Positions 33,338 to 43,613 are shown, counted from the stretch's first letter. The stretch is DNA of 64,000 nt from Coleofasciculus sp. B1-GNL1-01 (GCA_040220235.1 JAVJTO010000039.1); one strand, 5' to 3'. The notes: generated by a model from the sequence alone, not told the origin. Numbers and translations: made by a program.

Positions 33338-33448
33338 GGAAGGTGTACCAGATACAATAAAACCGACTAAAATACAAGAATCATTGCCCTCTTCAACAAT
33401 AGCCAGAGCAATGGCAATCTTCACATCAGAAAAAACAACAATGTCCTA
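33338..33448 (+). repeat. Second copy of the ~110-bp leader at 32190-32300, ending ATG TCC TA
   Basis: Shared ggaagg..accagat.caataaaacc.actaaaata.aagaatc.ttgccctcttcaacaatagccag.gcaa.ggcaatcttcacatcag..atgtccta. Confidence 0.9.
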
Positions 33449-33925
33449 GTCTATACCCCTGCGATACCGATCTAAAAATTGTTTCAGTAGAGTTGATGAT
33501 GCCCGAAAACTGGTTTGCTGTAAACGCTCAAGCGTATCGGGAAAGTCAATGATTTGACGGACTCCTGCTTGATACAAAACACCTAATAATCCCGTTACCG
33601 TTAATCCTCGTTGTGTCGCTATGCGTCGAGCATCTAAATCATCCAGTACAATTAAACTCGATCCTAAACGCTCTGCCAACAAAATTGCCTCTGTCTCACC
33701 AACATCTAAACGCTCTAACATCTGATCTGCTTCGCCAGATACAACATGAATATCAAGCCAGTCTGGTGCTTGAGCAATCCAGGTTTGCACAGAAGCACCT
33801 TCCGCGATAAGTTCATTCTGTACCGCCTGGGGAATACTGATTCGCCCAAAAAGTTGAGGCAGGACATCGATTTGGTCGATTAAAATCAAATAGCAAAGTG
33901 GAGACGTATCACAAACAATGGTCAT
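33446..33925 (-). CDS. DUF3368 PIN-domain (VapC-like) toxin
   Basis: IVCDTSPL, LDVGETEAI, LDDLDARRIA, TGLLGVL. Confidence 0.9.
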   Translation of the reverse strand: MTIVCDTSPLCYLILIDQIDVLPQLFGRISIPQAVQNELIAEGASVQTWIAQAPDWLDIHVVSGEADQMLERLDVGETEAILLAERLGSSLIVLDDLDARRIATQRGLTVTGLLGVLYQAGVRQIIDFPDTLERLQQTSFRASSTLLKQFLDRYRRGID

Positions 33926-34190
33926 TCGTTTGGATAACCTTGGCTACGGCTTGAAGATCCTGTTCTAGGTCTGCCTCAGTATAGTGTAGATACGCTCCTT
34001 CTCGTTTCAGAAATTCATCAACGGCTAAACGAGAGGGTAAATTAAGCATTCGTCGGACTTCACCTGCGGTAAGGATACCCGATTTATAGGCTTGAGCCGC
34101 CATAATTTCTAATGAGCGCTGGGGCAAATTGTGCCATTTTGCTGTCAAACGATTACCAATATCATCCGGTATTTCAAGGCTAATTTGCAT
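33909..34190 (-). CDS. UPF0175 family antitoxin
   Basis: MQISLEIPDD..AYKSGILT..YTEADLEQD; overlaps the PIN gene; start set at ATG 34190. Confidence 0.85.
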   Translation of the reverse strand: MQISLEIPDDIGNRLTAKWHNLPQRSLEIMAAQAYKSGILTAGEVRRMLNLPSRLAVDEFLKREGAYLHYTEADLEQDLQAVAKVIQTNDHCL

Positions 34191-34349
34191 ATTAAATAAT
34201 GCTTGGCTGTCTGGTTTATTAGAATTTATATTAATTATAGTCGTTAAGGTAGGTTGGGTTTCGACTTCGCTCAACCCAACAGATGCTTCGGAAACAGGAT
34301 TGATGCACCAATACTAGATAATAGGGTAGGGGCACGATAATATCCATTG

Positions 34350-34538
34350 GTGTCAACTTAAGCTAAACCCCTCACCCCCAGCCCCTCTCCCACGCCGGGG
34401 AGAGGGGAGTAAGAGAGTCTGGTTCCCCTTCTCCCCACGGTGGGAGAAGGGGTTAGGGGATGAGGGGGAAAATGTTGAGGAGTAGATAGACACGGTTTAA
34501 AACCTTGCCAGCATTGGTTTTCTACCTTAAGTTGACAC
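34350..34538. mobile_element. MITE-like element with 13-bp TIRs GTGTCAACTTAAG / CTTAAGTTGACAC, carrying CCCCTCTCC-type palindromes
   Basis: Perfect TIRs at 34350-34362 and 34526-34538; related single end at ~26757-26770. Confidence 0.75.
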
Positions 34539-34558
34539 GGATGCACATCGGTGCGCCC

Positions 34559-34921
34559 CTACTCACCTGGTAAGGATTTGGAATCGGAGGGTTCTGTATA
34601 TTGACAGAAAATATTTAAGCCAATCTTGAGAATATACAATACCACCACAGTGGCGATCGCAGGATCAAGGGGTAAGCCAGCTAATCCCACCAAATACACG
34701 ATTAATCCCGTCAGCAAAGGTGTACTTCCGGGATTCTTGCTATACTCCTGTACCTTAGTGCGAAAGCTATCATCACCACACAATTCCTGACGCAACTGGT
34801 TCAGCGTTACTTCCCACAGGGATTTGTCGGGAAAATCCGGGATTGAACCATGTTGCTGAAAATACAGTTCCTCAAAGGATGCCTCAATATCTCCATTATG
34901 GTCTTTGAGAACTGCGATCGC
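34559..34921 (-). pseudogene. Probably 5'-truncated hypothetical protein (LRQELCG..; C-terminal hydrophobic helices)
   Basis: Protein-like from AIAVLK at the HIP1 site onward; the ORF's upstream part is antisense to the GAF fragment. Confidence 0.55.
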
Positions 34922-35182
34922 GTCTTGGTTTATCAGTTCGCTGAGGATTGGAGTGGGGAGATTGTAGCCGAATCGGTGGGTGACTTTCCCTCGGTTCTCG
35001 GTTCCCAAGTTCGCGATGCTTACTTCCAAGAAACCAAAGGCGCTGACTATCTGAATGGGCGGCGTCAGGTGGCGCATAATATTTATCATCAAGGGTTAAC
35101 TCCCTGTCATTTAGAATTACTCGAACAGTTTCAAGTTAAAGCCATTCTCACCGTCCCAATTATTATTAACGAACAACTTTGG
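34914..35182 (+). pseudogene. Fragment of a cyanobacteriochrome-type GAF domain
   Basis: CDRVLVYQF..DWSGEIVAESV..DAYF..GLTPCHLELLEQFQVKA.LTVPI..LW; truncated at both ends. Confidence 0.8.
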
Positions 35183-35528
35183 GCCCAGAAAGAGGCTTTT
35201 ACTTTTCCCAAAAACTACTGCTTTTGTCAAGAGAATTAATGTTAAGAAAGATGTGAGTAATGCATAGCTTCAAAAGGGGAGACCAAAGGATGCTTCGCTT
35301 TTTGTTCCATGGGGAAGCCAGCGGATGCTTCGCTTTTATTGCACGGGGATTTAGGGGGATCGACAATGTACCGCATAGCAGAGCAAACTGCTGTATAACG
35401 CATCATTATTCAATGCATTGGTGGGTTACGGCGGATATTTCACTGAAGGGTTATTGTCTTAATTAAATCCCCGCCTAACCCACCCTACAAGACTGATGAC
35501 AAAGGACGAATGACAAAGGACGAATGAC

Positions 35529-35568
35529 AAAAAAATAACCCCTTCTGCTTGACTCGACAGAAGGAGTT
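35529..35568 (-). terminator. Intrinsic terminator of the PEP-CTERM gene
   Basis: Minus strand: AACTCCTTCTG-loop-CAGAAGGGGTT followed by a T run. Confidence 0.7.
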
Positions 35569-35616
35569 TACTGGGCTTCTACTATGTAAACTCGGAGGGA
35601 ATTACTTGAGACTTAA

Positions 35617-36240
35617 TTAAGCTTTGTTGTTTTTTTTGGACTGTTGGCGCTTGAGCAAACCGCCGATTCCTAGAGCCGTGGCGGAACCTAAGATGGTGAG
35701 GGGTTCGGGAACAGGTTCAGCATTTTGAATATCTTTGGGTGCTTGATATACAGTGACGTGAGATAAACCAGGACCAGGGTTATCACCACCGTTTACAACC
35801 CCATCAGTATTCCATCTACCACTGGTAGCACCATTCAGTTTATAAGCACTGAAGGATGGACCGCCCTTAAGCACAACCATTATATTAGATGTGTTGAAAT
35901 CAACGTCTGCCAGACTCCAAGTTCCTGATATAGCCTCCTTCTCCTCCTCCTCCTCATCATAAGTATCTGCTGTAACATTCAAGCCACCATCAACGCCACT
36001 AGAACTATCTACTTTAAAGAGTTGTGACCATGTATCGATACCAAACAGCTTATTATCATTTACAAGGCTTGAGGAATCATTATCCTTAAAAGCACCTTCA
36101 CAAAGTTCAGCGCCTTGTAAGTTTGAAGTGCTACATGTCCCTAAAGATGTTAAGGCGGCTTGAGCAGGAGAGAAAGCTGAAGATGCAACTACAACACCAG
36201 CAGCGGCGACAACAGAGGGAACGAGAGAAGAGAATTTCAT
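35617..36240 (-). CDS. PEP-CTERM sorting-domain surface protein
   Basis: Signal peptide; VPEPLTILGSATALGIGGLLKRQQSKK. Confidence 0.92.
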   Translation of the reverse strand: MKFSSLVPSVVAAAGVVVASSAFSPAQAALTSLGTCSTSNLQGAELCEGAFKDNDSSSLVNDNKLFGIDTWSQLFKVDSSSGVDGGLNVTADTYDEEEEEKEAISGTWSLADVDFNTSNIMVVLKGGPSFSAYKLNGATSGRWNTDGVVNGGDNPGPGLSHVTVYQAPKDIQNAEPVPEPLTILGSATALGIGGLLKRQQSKKNNKA

Positions 36241-36535
36241 GTAAGTACTCCTTAGGACTAGATAACTCGATTGCTGAAGCGTTTGGACTTATTTGCTTCG
36301 GCGTGTTTGCTTTTCTATATTCACACTATAAGGGACTTCACTTAGGTGTTGGGTAAAGTGGCAATGAAGAATAAGTTAATTTGTGTAAACTTTCTATAAA
36401 GATTAATCCCAATAAGGCTCAAGTCTTTATTGGATAAGGGTTTTAGAGTTTTGAGCAATCCTCCGAATTTGTCTCATTTTGAAGAAAAATCGCCCTAAAT
36501 AAGAAGCACAGAATGCTTTTTTGACCAAGGAAGAC

Positions 36536-36657
36536 TAAGCTGTTCGGCATTTAAACCTTAATATCAATAAGGATGAAATCCTTGTAGTGTGAGCATCTTG
36601 CTCACTACTAATACCCTTGCTCACTACTAATACCCCTTTTAAATGTATGACTGCTTA
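36536..36657. mobile_element. MITE-like element (TAAGCTGTTCGGCATTTAAA ends, internal REP palindrome)
   Basis: Homologous to 58253-58355 (inverted) and ~38672-38769. Confidence 0.7.
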
Positions 36658-36949
36658 CCTCTACTCAATTTCAAGACGTGACTTATGAGGGGTTGAGTCT
36701 AAAGCCTCGACTAGAAGCGATGTCGATTCCTACAGAGTTTGGTTAAACTTGCAATCAATCCTTAGTTGAAACCAGAAACCCGAAAAAAATAGCGAGCGAG
36801 ACGCAAAGCCTGCGGCATGGCTTCGCTTAACGCACTACTGTTCTCTCTGTCTCTTGCTCCCACCCTACAAACTAAAAATCCAGCTCAATTGGAACGTTGA
36901 GTAGAAGTCGTTCTGGATGTGGAATCCTTCGAGTAACTCATCAAGCAGT

Positions 36950-37054
36950 TATAGCAGTAGATACATCGATTAGGACAAGCGAACTGTTGTAGAGACGTTA
37001 CGCCGGAACATCTTTACCATAAGATGTGTCCTAACCACTATGACGGTTGCTATA
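36950..37054. mobile_element. MITE-like element with TATAGCA/TGCTATA ends and an internal GTAGAGACG REP
   Basis: Nested inverted repeats (taggaca/tgtccta); partial relative at ~33102-33147. Confidence 0.55.
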
Positions 37055-37086
37055 TCTTAATAACGTTCTATAACAACCAAGGACAA

Positions 37087-37193
37087 ATGACAAAGGACGA
37101 ATGACAAAAAATTACCCCCTCTGCTAGACAAACAGAAGGAACGAGAGAAGAAAATTTCATGTAATGTACTCCTTAGGACTAATTAACTCAATT
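37087..37193 (-). pseudogene. Collapsed remnant of a second PEP-CTERM gene (RBS and first 10 codons fused to a terminator)
   Basis: ATG 37160 encodes MKFSSLVPSV, identical to the 36240 gene, then runs into a copy of the 35529-35568 terminator and STRR. Confidence 0.8.
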
Positions 37194-37722
37194 CGAGAGT
37201 TATATAATTGCAAGATGTGAGCAAATTCCTTGAATTCTTTGCCAGATAAGGCTTTGAGCTTCATTGAATTCGCTCTACCGTTAAATATAGGGTAAACTCC
37301 GAGATATGTCTGTAAAGCTTCGATGAAGATATCCGGAAATTCCGTGATGAATATTTAAAGTTTTGATGAAGATGTCGGAGATTCCCGTGAAAATACGGTA
37401 AAAATGGCGACATTATGTCGGCTGAAAACTAGATATAATGAGGTTTTGAGGATTAGACGCTGCTGAATTAAGTGTTGGGGTGGGGCAAGTAGGAAAAGAG
37501 TAGGGAATTTCGTCGCCTTATACCAAGTTGCATTCTAAAGATATAACTTTCCCTCCCCCTGCTTCCCCTGCTCCCCCGGCTTTTCCTATCTACTATGTTT
37601 GAGCGCAACTCGGTATTAATCTTAACCCCCCTTAATCCCCCCGGTGCTTTGGGGGGAAATGTTCCCTCCCCTTGGTAAGGGGAGGGTTAGGGTGGGGTAG
37701 AGTCAAGGTATTGCTTGGGTTT

Positions 37723-38469
37723 CTAATCGCTACGTCTTGCCCAACCGGTTAAGCGCCAGACACTAATAAACAACGCCGCAGACACCAAAGCGCCCAAATT
37801 CCACTTCACCGAATTTTCCAACAATCGCAAGCGCCGAGACTTCTTCTGGGATTGAGCTTCCTCCTGCATCCGCGTCTCACCCTGTTCCAAAAATGTCGAA
37901 AGCTGCTCCTTCACCTCAGCTAACTGCTCAGTACCTTGAATCTGTGGCGTGCGCCCTTGACTATCCAATTGACTAATCAGAAACTGCATCTGTTCTACAG
38001 TCGTCGCTTGTCCTAGCGCCTCTCTCACCTGTTGAATCTGCTCCTGTCGCTGTTCAACTTGCCGAGTAATGTCATTCGTGTTCCGCGTGTCTAGTCGGAT
38101 TGTGTTCACCACACCCAAAGGAACCAGTAAAAAGAACAAAACCCCCACCAGCAAAGCCAGCCAGGACAAAATATTCAGTACTAAAGGTTCCCATCTGGTG
38201 CGTTGATCTCGTTCGCCTAGAAACACCAGCGCCAATCCCAGCAACGGTACAGGAACCCGTTCCACCAATTGTCCGATAGTCTGGAACTCCCAAGCGGGAT
38301 TCATCAAAACTGGAGGTACAAATATCTCTACGACATCGAAAAATGCCAACACTAATAACCCATAGCCTACCCACCGCACCACTCCAATGGACTTGGATAA
38401 ACCAGCGCTAAACTTCCACAGTTGGTCGATCGCGGGAACAAATTTATCTTTTTCTTCTGATTGCGTCAT
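37723..38469 (-). CDS. hpsJ: HpsJ-family membrane protein (cyanoexosortase A-associated)
   Basis: VGYGLL, P.LMNPAWEFQTIGQLVERVPVPLLG, SVKWNLGAL. Confidence 0.85.
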   Translation of the reverse strand: MTQSEEKDKFVPAIDQLWKFSAGLSKSIGVVRWVGYGLLVLAFFDVVEIFVPPVLMNPAWEFQTIGQLVERVPVPLLGLALVFLGERDQRTRWEPLVLNILSWLALLVGVLFFLLVPLGVVNTIRLDTRNTNDITRQVEQRQEQIQQVREALGQATTVEQMQFLISQLDSQGRTPQIQGTEQLAEVKEQLSTFLEQGETRMQEEAQSQKKSRRLRLLENSVKWNLGALVSAALFISVWRLTGWARRSD

Positions 38470-38781
38470 GGTTTTAATTATCGGTTATTTGTCATTCGTC
38501 ATTAGTCTTATGTCATTTGTCATACTTGCCCCCTTGAGAAGCAGACTACCTCTTATGTCCGACATAATGATCAAAACTAATTCATTAGTTAGCAGACTAA
38601 TGACGTTTAACGTTCAATAGATTATCTCTTTTTCCCTACCTCTGGAAACAGATTGTCTCAATTATGAGGGGTAAGTTGTTCGGCATTTAAACCAGAATGC
38701 CAAGAATTGGGAAATCCTTGTAGTGTGTTTAGCGAAGCTATGCCGCAGGCTTTGCATCTTGCTCACTACCTATACACAATT

Positions 38782-38991
38782 TCAATTCATGCCAGCTTCC
38801 GACTGTAAAGACGCGCCGTAGCCCATCTCTACCGACAGCGGCAATGTCAGGGACTCAACCCTGGGAAGCCTAGTCGCTGACTTTCCTTTCCCCTTCTCAG
38901 CCAGAGTTGCCAGAATGACTTTCAGCAACACCACGAGAACGGCTCCAAAAATCAGCGCTAACACAAAAATCCGCACCTGTTTCCAGGACAT
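38782..38991 (-). pseudogene. Likely truncated cyanoexosortase A system-associated protein (TIGR04153-like N-terminus)
   Basis: TAATG coupling to crtA; N-terminal TM helix MSWKQVRIFVLAL; only 69 aa; MITE immediately downstream. Confidence 0.55.
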
Positions 38992-39881
38992 TATGCCTCC
39001 TCAGCCTCCGGAGAACTCGTGTCCTCCAGCCGCAGCAGAAACCAATAAAACACGCCGAAAACCATCACCGCAATCATACCGAAGAGTAGAGAACCTTCAC
39101 CTTCATGCCAGTATTTAAAGGCTTCCATATTTTGGGCATTTGCCAGCACCGCCATCAACGCCACCCGGAAGCTATTGACGACAAATCCGACAACCAACGC
39201 CACGAGTGGCACGAAATACTGCTTGCGGCGACTGATGGGAAACATAATTAGGCAAATCACCGATAGTCCCAGCACATACGTCATCGCTTCCATACCGGAA
39301 CAGCCATGATACACCTTAACGCCACCTTCGGGTAGATTAATAAAGACCTTATCGTACAGATCGACCTGAAAGCCCATATAGTGCAGCATGAACGCCGAAA
39401 ATATAGCCGTGATTGGCGAGATATCCGGTATAAATGAGGCAATTGTCGCCGGTCCACCGAGAAAAAACAGAATCGTTACTTCTTGCCAGTATTGTTTGAA
39501 TCCTTTAAACCCAGAGGCAAGTAACGCCACACCAATGGCAGAAATAAACGGCAGCAGGCGCAGTAATGGTGCCAGCCTTTGCACATTGTTATTGGTTAGC
39601 TTCAACCCACTGATGTCGGCGCTATACCACAGGACAAAACCAATGACTAGCGCCCCAACAATGCTAGGGAGAACTTCACTATCCAGGTTTAACTCATGGC
39701 GTTTACCCCAAAGTAGGGAACCAACCGCTAGCCAAAACAAAACACTCATGCCTAGCTGGGCTTCGTCTCCGGCTTTCCAACTGAGTGTCATATAGATGGC
39801 AACTAAGCCAGCCGCGATCGCAACAAGCCAGTACGGGGGGATTTTTAATCGTTGCAGGGGTGTGAGAGAGGTCGCTTTCAT
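38991..39881 (-). CDS. crtA: Cyanoexosortase A
   Basis: Multi-TM; catalytic VYHGCSG, NSFRVAL, YWHEGEG. Confidence 0.92.
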   Translation of the reverse strand: MKATSLTPLQRLKIPPYWLVAIAAGLVAIYMTLSWKAGDEAQLGMSVLFWLAVGSLLWGKRHELNLDSEVLPSIVGALVIGFVLWYSADISGLKLTNNNVQRLAPLLRLLPFISAIGVALLASGFKGFKQYWQEVTILFFLGGPATIASFIPDISPITAIFSAFMLHYMGFQVDLYDKVFINLPEGGVKVYHGCSGMEAMTYVLGLSVICLIMFPISRRKQYFVPLVALVVGFVVNSFRVALMAVLANAQNMEAFKYWHEGEGSLLFGMIAVMVFGVFYWFLLRLEDTSSPEAEEA

Positions 39882-39915
39882 GGTGCTTTATCGGTAGAAA
39901 CGATGAGAGAGAAAA

Positions 39916-42900
39916 TTAGCCAAACTGAATGCCTATCATTACATCATTAAAGTCGATATCACTATCGTTTGTCAGGTCTTCCCAGGCAAATTCATTCGGG
40001 GACAGTCGCCAGAAATTATCCCTGCCATTGGGGTTCGCAGCAATGAATGAGAAAAAGGCTAAGGGCGAATTCCCCAGTAAATTGTCGGGATTCTCCCGTA
40101 AAAACTGTTCGGTTGTGCCGTTTTGGATCAAATACCATCCGAAAACGCGATCGCCCTCCACATTCAGTGTCCGTTGCCCATTTCCCGTCTCTGTTGGTGC
40201 AACGATAACCTGGCGATTCGCCTGAGACAGGGCAGCTACAGCATAACCCGGATCACCGGGGAATAAATTACCGATTTGTCCATTGGGCTGATCAAACAAA
40301 AATAAACCCAGTTCATGACTGATCGGGTTATCTTGTGCCATCCAGTTGACAATCAGGGATCTCATCTCACCCAAATCCCCTGGAACCGTCCAATCGGCGT
40401 TACCTACGTTGAAGACAACATCATTAAAATCTTGATCGCCTCCACCCGTGAGATCTTCCCAAGCCAGTTGCACCATCCCATCCCCCAACTCGGTACGTTG
40501 AACATGGTTAAACTGATCCGGATTTGCCGCCGTGACGGAGAAAAAGGCAATGGTTTCCCCATCCAGACGATTGTCCGGATTCTCGGCTAGCCAGTCTGCC
40601 CGGGTACTATCCTGAATCAAATAAAACACCCAATAGTCTCCCGCCTGGAGGCTTAAATCCACACCCTTACCCACAGTCTCACCTCGGGCAAATAATACCT
40701 GGCGTTCGGCACGGGTTAAGGCTTGCTGGGCATATCCGGGATCACCGGGGCGCACGCCATTCACCGTTCCCATGGCATCATCGACTCGCAAGACACCCAC
40801 TTCATTTTTAAACTCGGCTTCTCGGAAGGTCCAGTCAAACTGTAAACGCACCGCCTCTCCGGGAGTTCCACCCACTTGGAAAACGCCCTGGGTTGAACCA
40901 AGTTGTGCCAGATCCACTAAACCAACAGGTAGAGTAGGTGTCGGTGTAGGTGTAGGCGTCGGGGTATCATCAACAGCCGCGATCGCAATCTCAAAGCCCT
41001 CTTCAAAAGAGAAGCCATCGGCATCGGTACTGCGGACAGTAATCTGATAAATCTGATTGGTCTCAAAGTCTAAGTTAACACCATCGGCAACGAGCAATTT
41101 ATTATCGGCGATCGCAAACCGTCCTCCAGCATCATCAATTAACCTGTAAGTATGGCGATCATCCGTATCTGGGTCAATTGTCGAAAGCTGACCTACAACC
41201 TTCTCCTGTAACGTATTTTTAGTGATCGTTTGATTATCTAAACGAATCGCTGTGGGTGGATTACCAACAGGAGTCGCTGGACTTTGCCAAACCGAGAAAA
41301 AGGCATCCTCACTTCCACCCGAAGTCCCCTGAAGCGGATTAACCGTAATCATATTCGTACCAGCATTTGTGGACACCATCGCCCGGATATCTCCAAACAC
41401 CGCCACCCCATTCACCTCAGAACCCGAGGGATTACCTCCCGACCAAAGTCCCACCAGTTCCCTAGCTTGAAAATCTTCACTTACGGCAATCACCGCCCCT
41501 TCAAAGCCACTGTAGGGTCCTACAGCAGTGCCATTAATTTGCAACTCGTCGCGATTGGGTAAAGACGCCGCCGCTTGACCCCCAATATACACTCTGCCAT
41601 TAGCATCCGCCGTAATTGCATTAACTGTAAACGAATTCCCTTCCCCATTGGAACGGCGAGTGAGGAAAATCTGACCCTGATCCAAAGTTCCTGTCGCCGG
41701 ATTCATGCGGGCAAAATAGGCAAATTTCCCGCCACCACTATTCGAGGTGTTTGTGTAGTTGTCGATATTCACATTACCAGCCGATTGGCTGATAGTTTGG
41801 GGATCGCGTTGAAAAACACTATTCCCGCCATCCAAGCTACCTGCAAAGTAAAGCTGATTATCTTGTCCAATGGCTACCCGTAACCCGCGCGTATCTGCGC
41901 CTAAATTCTCTCCGGCGGCTTCATTGGCAGAAAAATTATAATTTTCCCAGTTAATCTCACCCGTGTAACTATAGCTGCGGAGTAAGGGAAGCTGTAAATT
42001 GGTACTTACCTGTCGATATCCGGTGACAAATACCGATGAGGTATTACTGTCAATTGCCACATCTTCAATCCGGGTTCCGGCTACAGTAAAATCCCCGATG
42101 GCAGTCCCCTGGGGATTATAAACCGTCACCTGTTTATCTGCGAGGACAGCAACTTGACCCTGCGCCGCCACCGCGACTCGTTGGGCGCTACCGGGATTGG
42201 CACTCCAGAGAACCTGACTGGCGTCACTGTTAAGAGTTTTGACACCAAAGTCACCGACAACGGTGATGTTGCCATTATTACGATTGAGATCCAAGTCATC
42301 CACATCAGCACCCACCTGAGTAACTGATAGTCTGGTTTGTCCCGTCGAATCCAAACGGATAACTGTCCCCTGTCCCTCTGCTAAACTCTCAGTCGGTGTT
42401 ATATCAAAATTTCCGCCAATCACAATGGTTCTGTCGGGGGCAATTTCCACCGCATTACCACTGTCATCCCCACTTCCCCCCAAAAAACTGGCACTATTAA
42501 CCGTGAGATTATTATCCACCGCATCCAGTACCGCCTGATACGCCGACTGCGCCCACTGATGCAACGCCACATCAGATTCAATCGTTCCCTGGAATACCTC
42601 CAACTCCCAGTCACCGCCCAGGGCTGCACTTCCCGTGCGATCGCTAGAGGCGGCGACATCTGCCCCTGTCAACTGACTCACCCGTTCGATGAACTGCTGT
42701 CCTGAGGCGGTTGCTGCCAGATTACAGCCATAGAACAGGATATCAGCCTCCGGTGTTAATGCCCCTGCCCAGGTTTGCAACTGATTGGTATACCTATTCA
42801 GCGTATCCAGGTTCAACTCTCCTGCGCCTAATTGCAACCCAGCCGACATCCCATGAGAGATAATCTGAACACTGGAGAGTCCTTGACGTTGTGCCAATAC

Positions 42901-43353
42901 CTGAGTAATTTGGCTAACTCCATCCTGATCCGGTGTCAGCATGACTACTTCAGCCCCCGGGACAACCCCAGCCACTAAGGTTTCAGCGTCTGCAATCCCA
43001 GCATCTACGAATACTAAAGTACCGTTGTGGGCGTTTCCAAAATCCAATCCGGTGAGGAGATCTCGCCCTGTCGCATTCTCTGATTCAGGGTTTAATGTCT
43101 CTGGAGAGTCTACGCTAGATAAGCGGCGTTCTAGTAACGGAACTGCCGCTTCAACGTCAATCACCGGACTATCTGGAAGTGGCTGTAACTCTGGGATATA
43201 CGCCTCACCGACAAGACTGCGATCGCGGTTTGGTCTCCCATTGACTCCCTCGATTTGATTAAACCCTAGTCCCTCTGAGTATCCCGATACCCTGTCCGCC
43301 TCAGCGGATATGATCAACCCTGTTCCTGGTTCTATCAATTCCATCTGCTGCAC
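39916..43353 (-). CDS. Large extracellular protein: DUF4347 + propeller-like region + cadherin + PT linker + two DUF4114-like domains
   Basis: IISHG, FYGCNLA, GGDWELE; cadherin LDFE; WEDLTGGGDQDFND twice; start uncertain. Confidence 0.85.
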   Translation of the reverse strand: MQQMELIEPGTGLIISAEADRVSGYSEGLGFNQIEGVNGRPNRDRSLVGEAYIPELQPLPDSPVIDVEAAVPLLERRLSSVDSPETLNPESENATGRDLLTGLDFGNAHNGTLVFVDAGIADAETLVAGVVPGAEVVMLTPDQDGVSQITQVLAQRQGLSSVQIISHGMSAGLQLGAGELNLDTLNRYTNQLQTWAGALTPEADILFYGCNLAATASGQQFIERVSQLTGADVAASSDRTGSAALGGDWELEVFQGTIESDVALHQWAQSAYQAVLDAVDNNLTVNSASFLGGSGDDSGNAVEIAPDRTIVIGGNFDITPTESLAEGQGTVIRLDSTGQTRLSVTQVGADVDDLDLNRNNGNITVVGDFGVKTLNSDASQVLWSANPGSAQRVAVAAQGQVAVLADKQVTVYNPQGTAIGDFTVAGTRIEDVAIDSNTSSVFVTGYRQVSTNLQLPLLRSYSYTGEINWENYNFSANEAAGENLGADTRGLRVAIGQDNQLYFAGSLDGGNSVFQRDPQTISQSAGNVNIDNYTNTSNSGGGKFAYFARMNPATGTLDQGQIFLTRRSNGEGNSFTVNAITADANGRVYIGGQAAASLPNRDELQINGTAVGPYSGFEGAVIAVSEDFQARELVGLWSGGNPSGSEVNGVAVFGDIRAMVSTNAGTNMITVNPLQGTSGGSEDAFFSVWQSPATPVGNPPTAIRLDNQTITKNTLQEKVVGQLSTIDPDTDDRHTYRLIDDAGGRFAIADNKLLVADGVNLDFETNQIYQITVRSTDADGFSFEEGFEIAIAAVDDTPTPTPTPTPTLPVGLVDLAQLGSTQGVFQVGGTPGEAVRLQFDWTFREAEFKNEVGVLRVDDAMGTVNGVRPGDPGYAQQALTRAERQVLFARGETVGKGVDLSLQAGDYWVFYLIQDSTRADWLAENPDNRLDGETIAFFSVTAANPDQFNHVQRTELGDGMVQLAWEDLTGGGDQDFNDVVFNVGNADWTVPGDLGEMRSLIVNWMAQDNPISHELGLFLFDQPNGQIGNLFPGDPGYAVAALSQANRQVIVAPTETGNGQRTLNVEGDRVFGWYLIQNGTTEQFLRENPDNLLGNSPLAFFSFIAANPNGRDNFWRLSPNEFAWEDLTNDSDIDFNDVMIGIQFG

Positions 43354-43613
43354 CCTATCATCGCCATTGCCACTCCAATCTAGCCTGAGGCATTAGGAAA
43401 GTGTGTAGGGGCGGGTTTCACTACTATCGTTGCTTCCCTCACCCAGATGTAACTAAACCCGCCCCGCCTTCCTTGTCTCCTAACGAATGACAAATAACAA
43501 ATGAAAACTTAAAAAAACGCAACATTATCGCGAGTGCTTCGCAAGAATATTTTACATTTTTTTGCTCTGATCTTGGTTAAGCTAAAAATAACAGAGGAAT
43601 TCAAGGAAAAATT

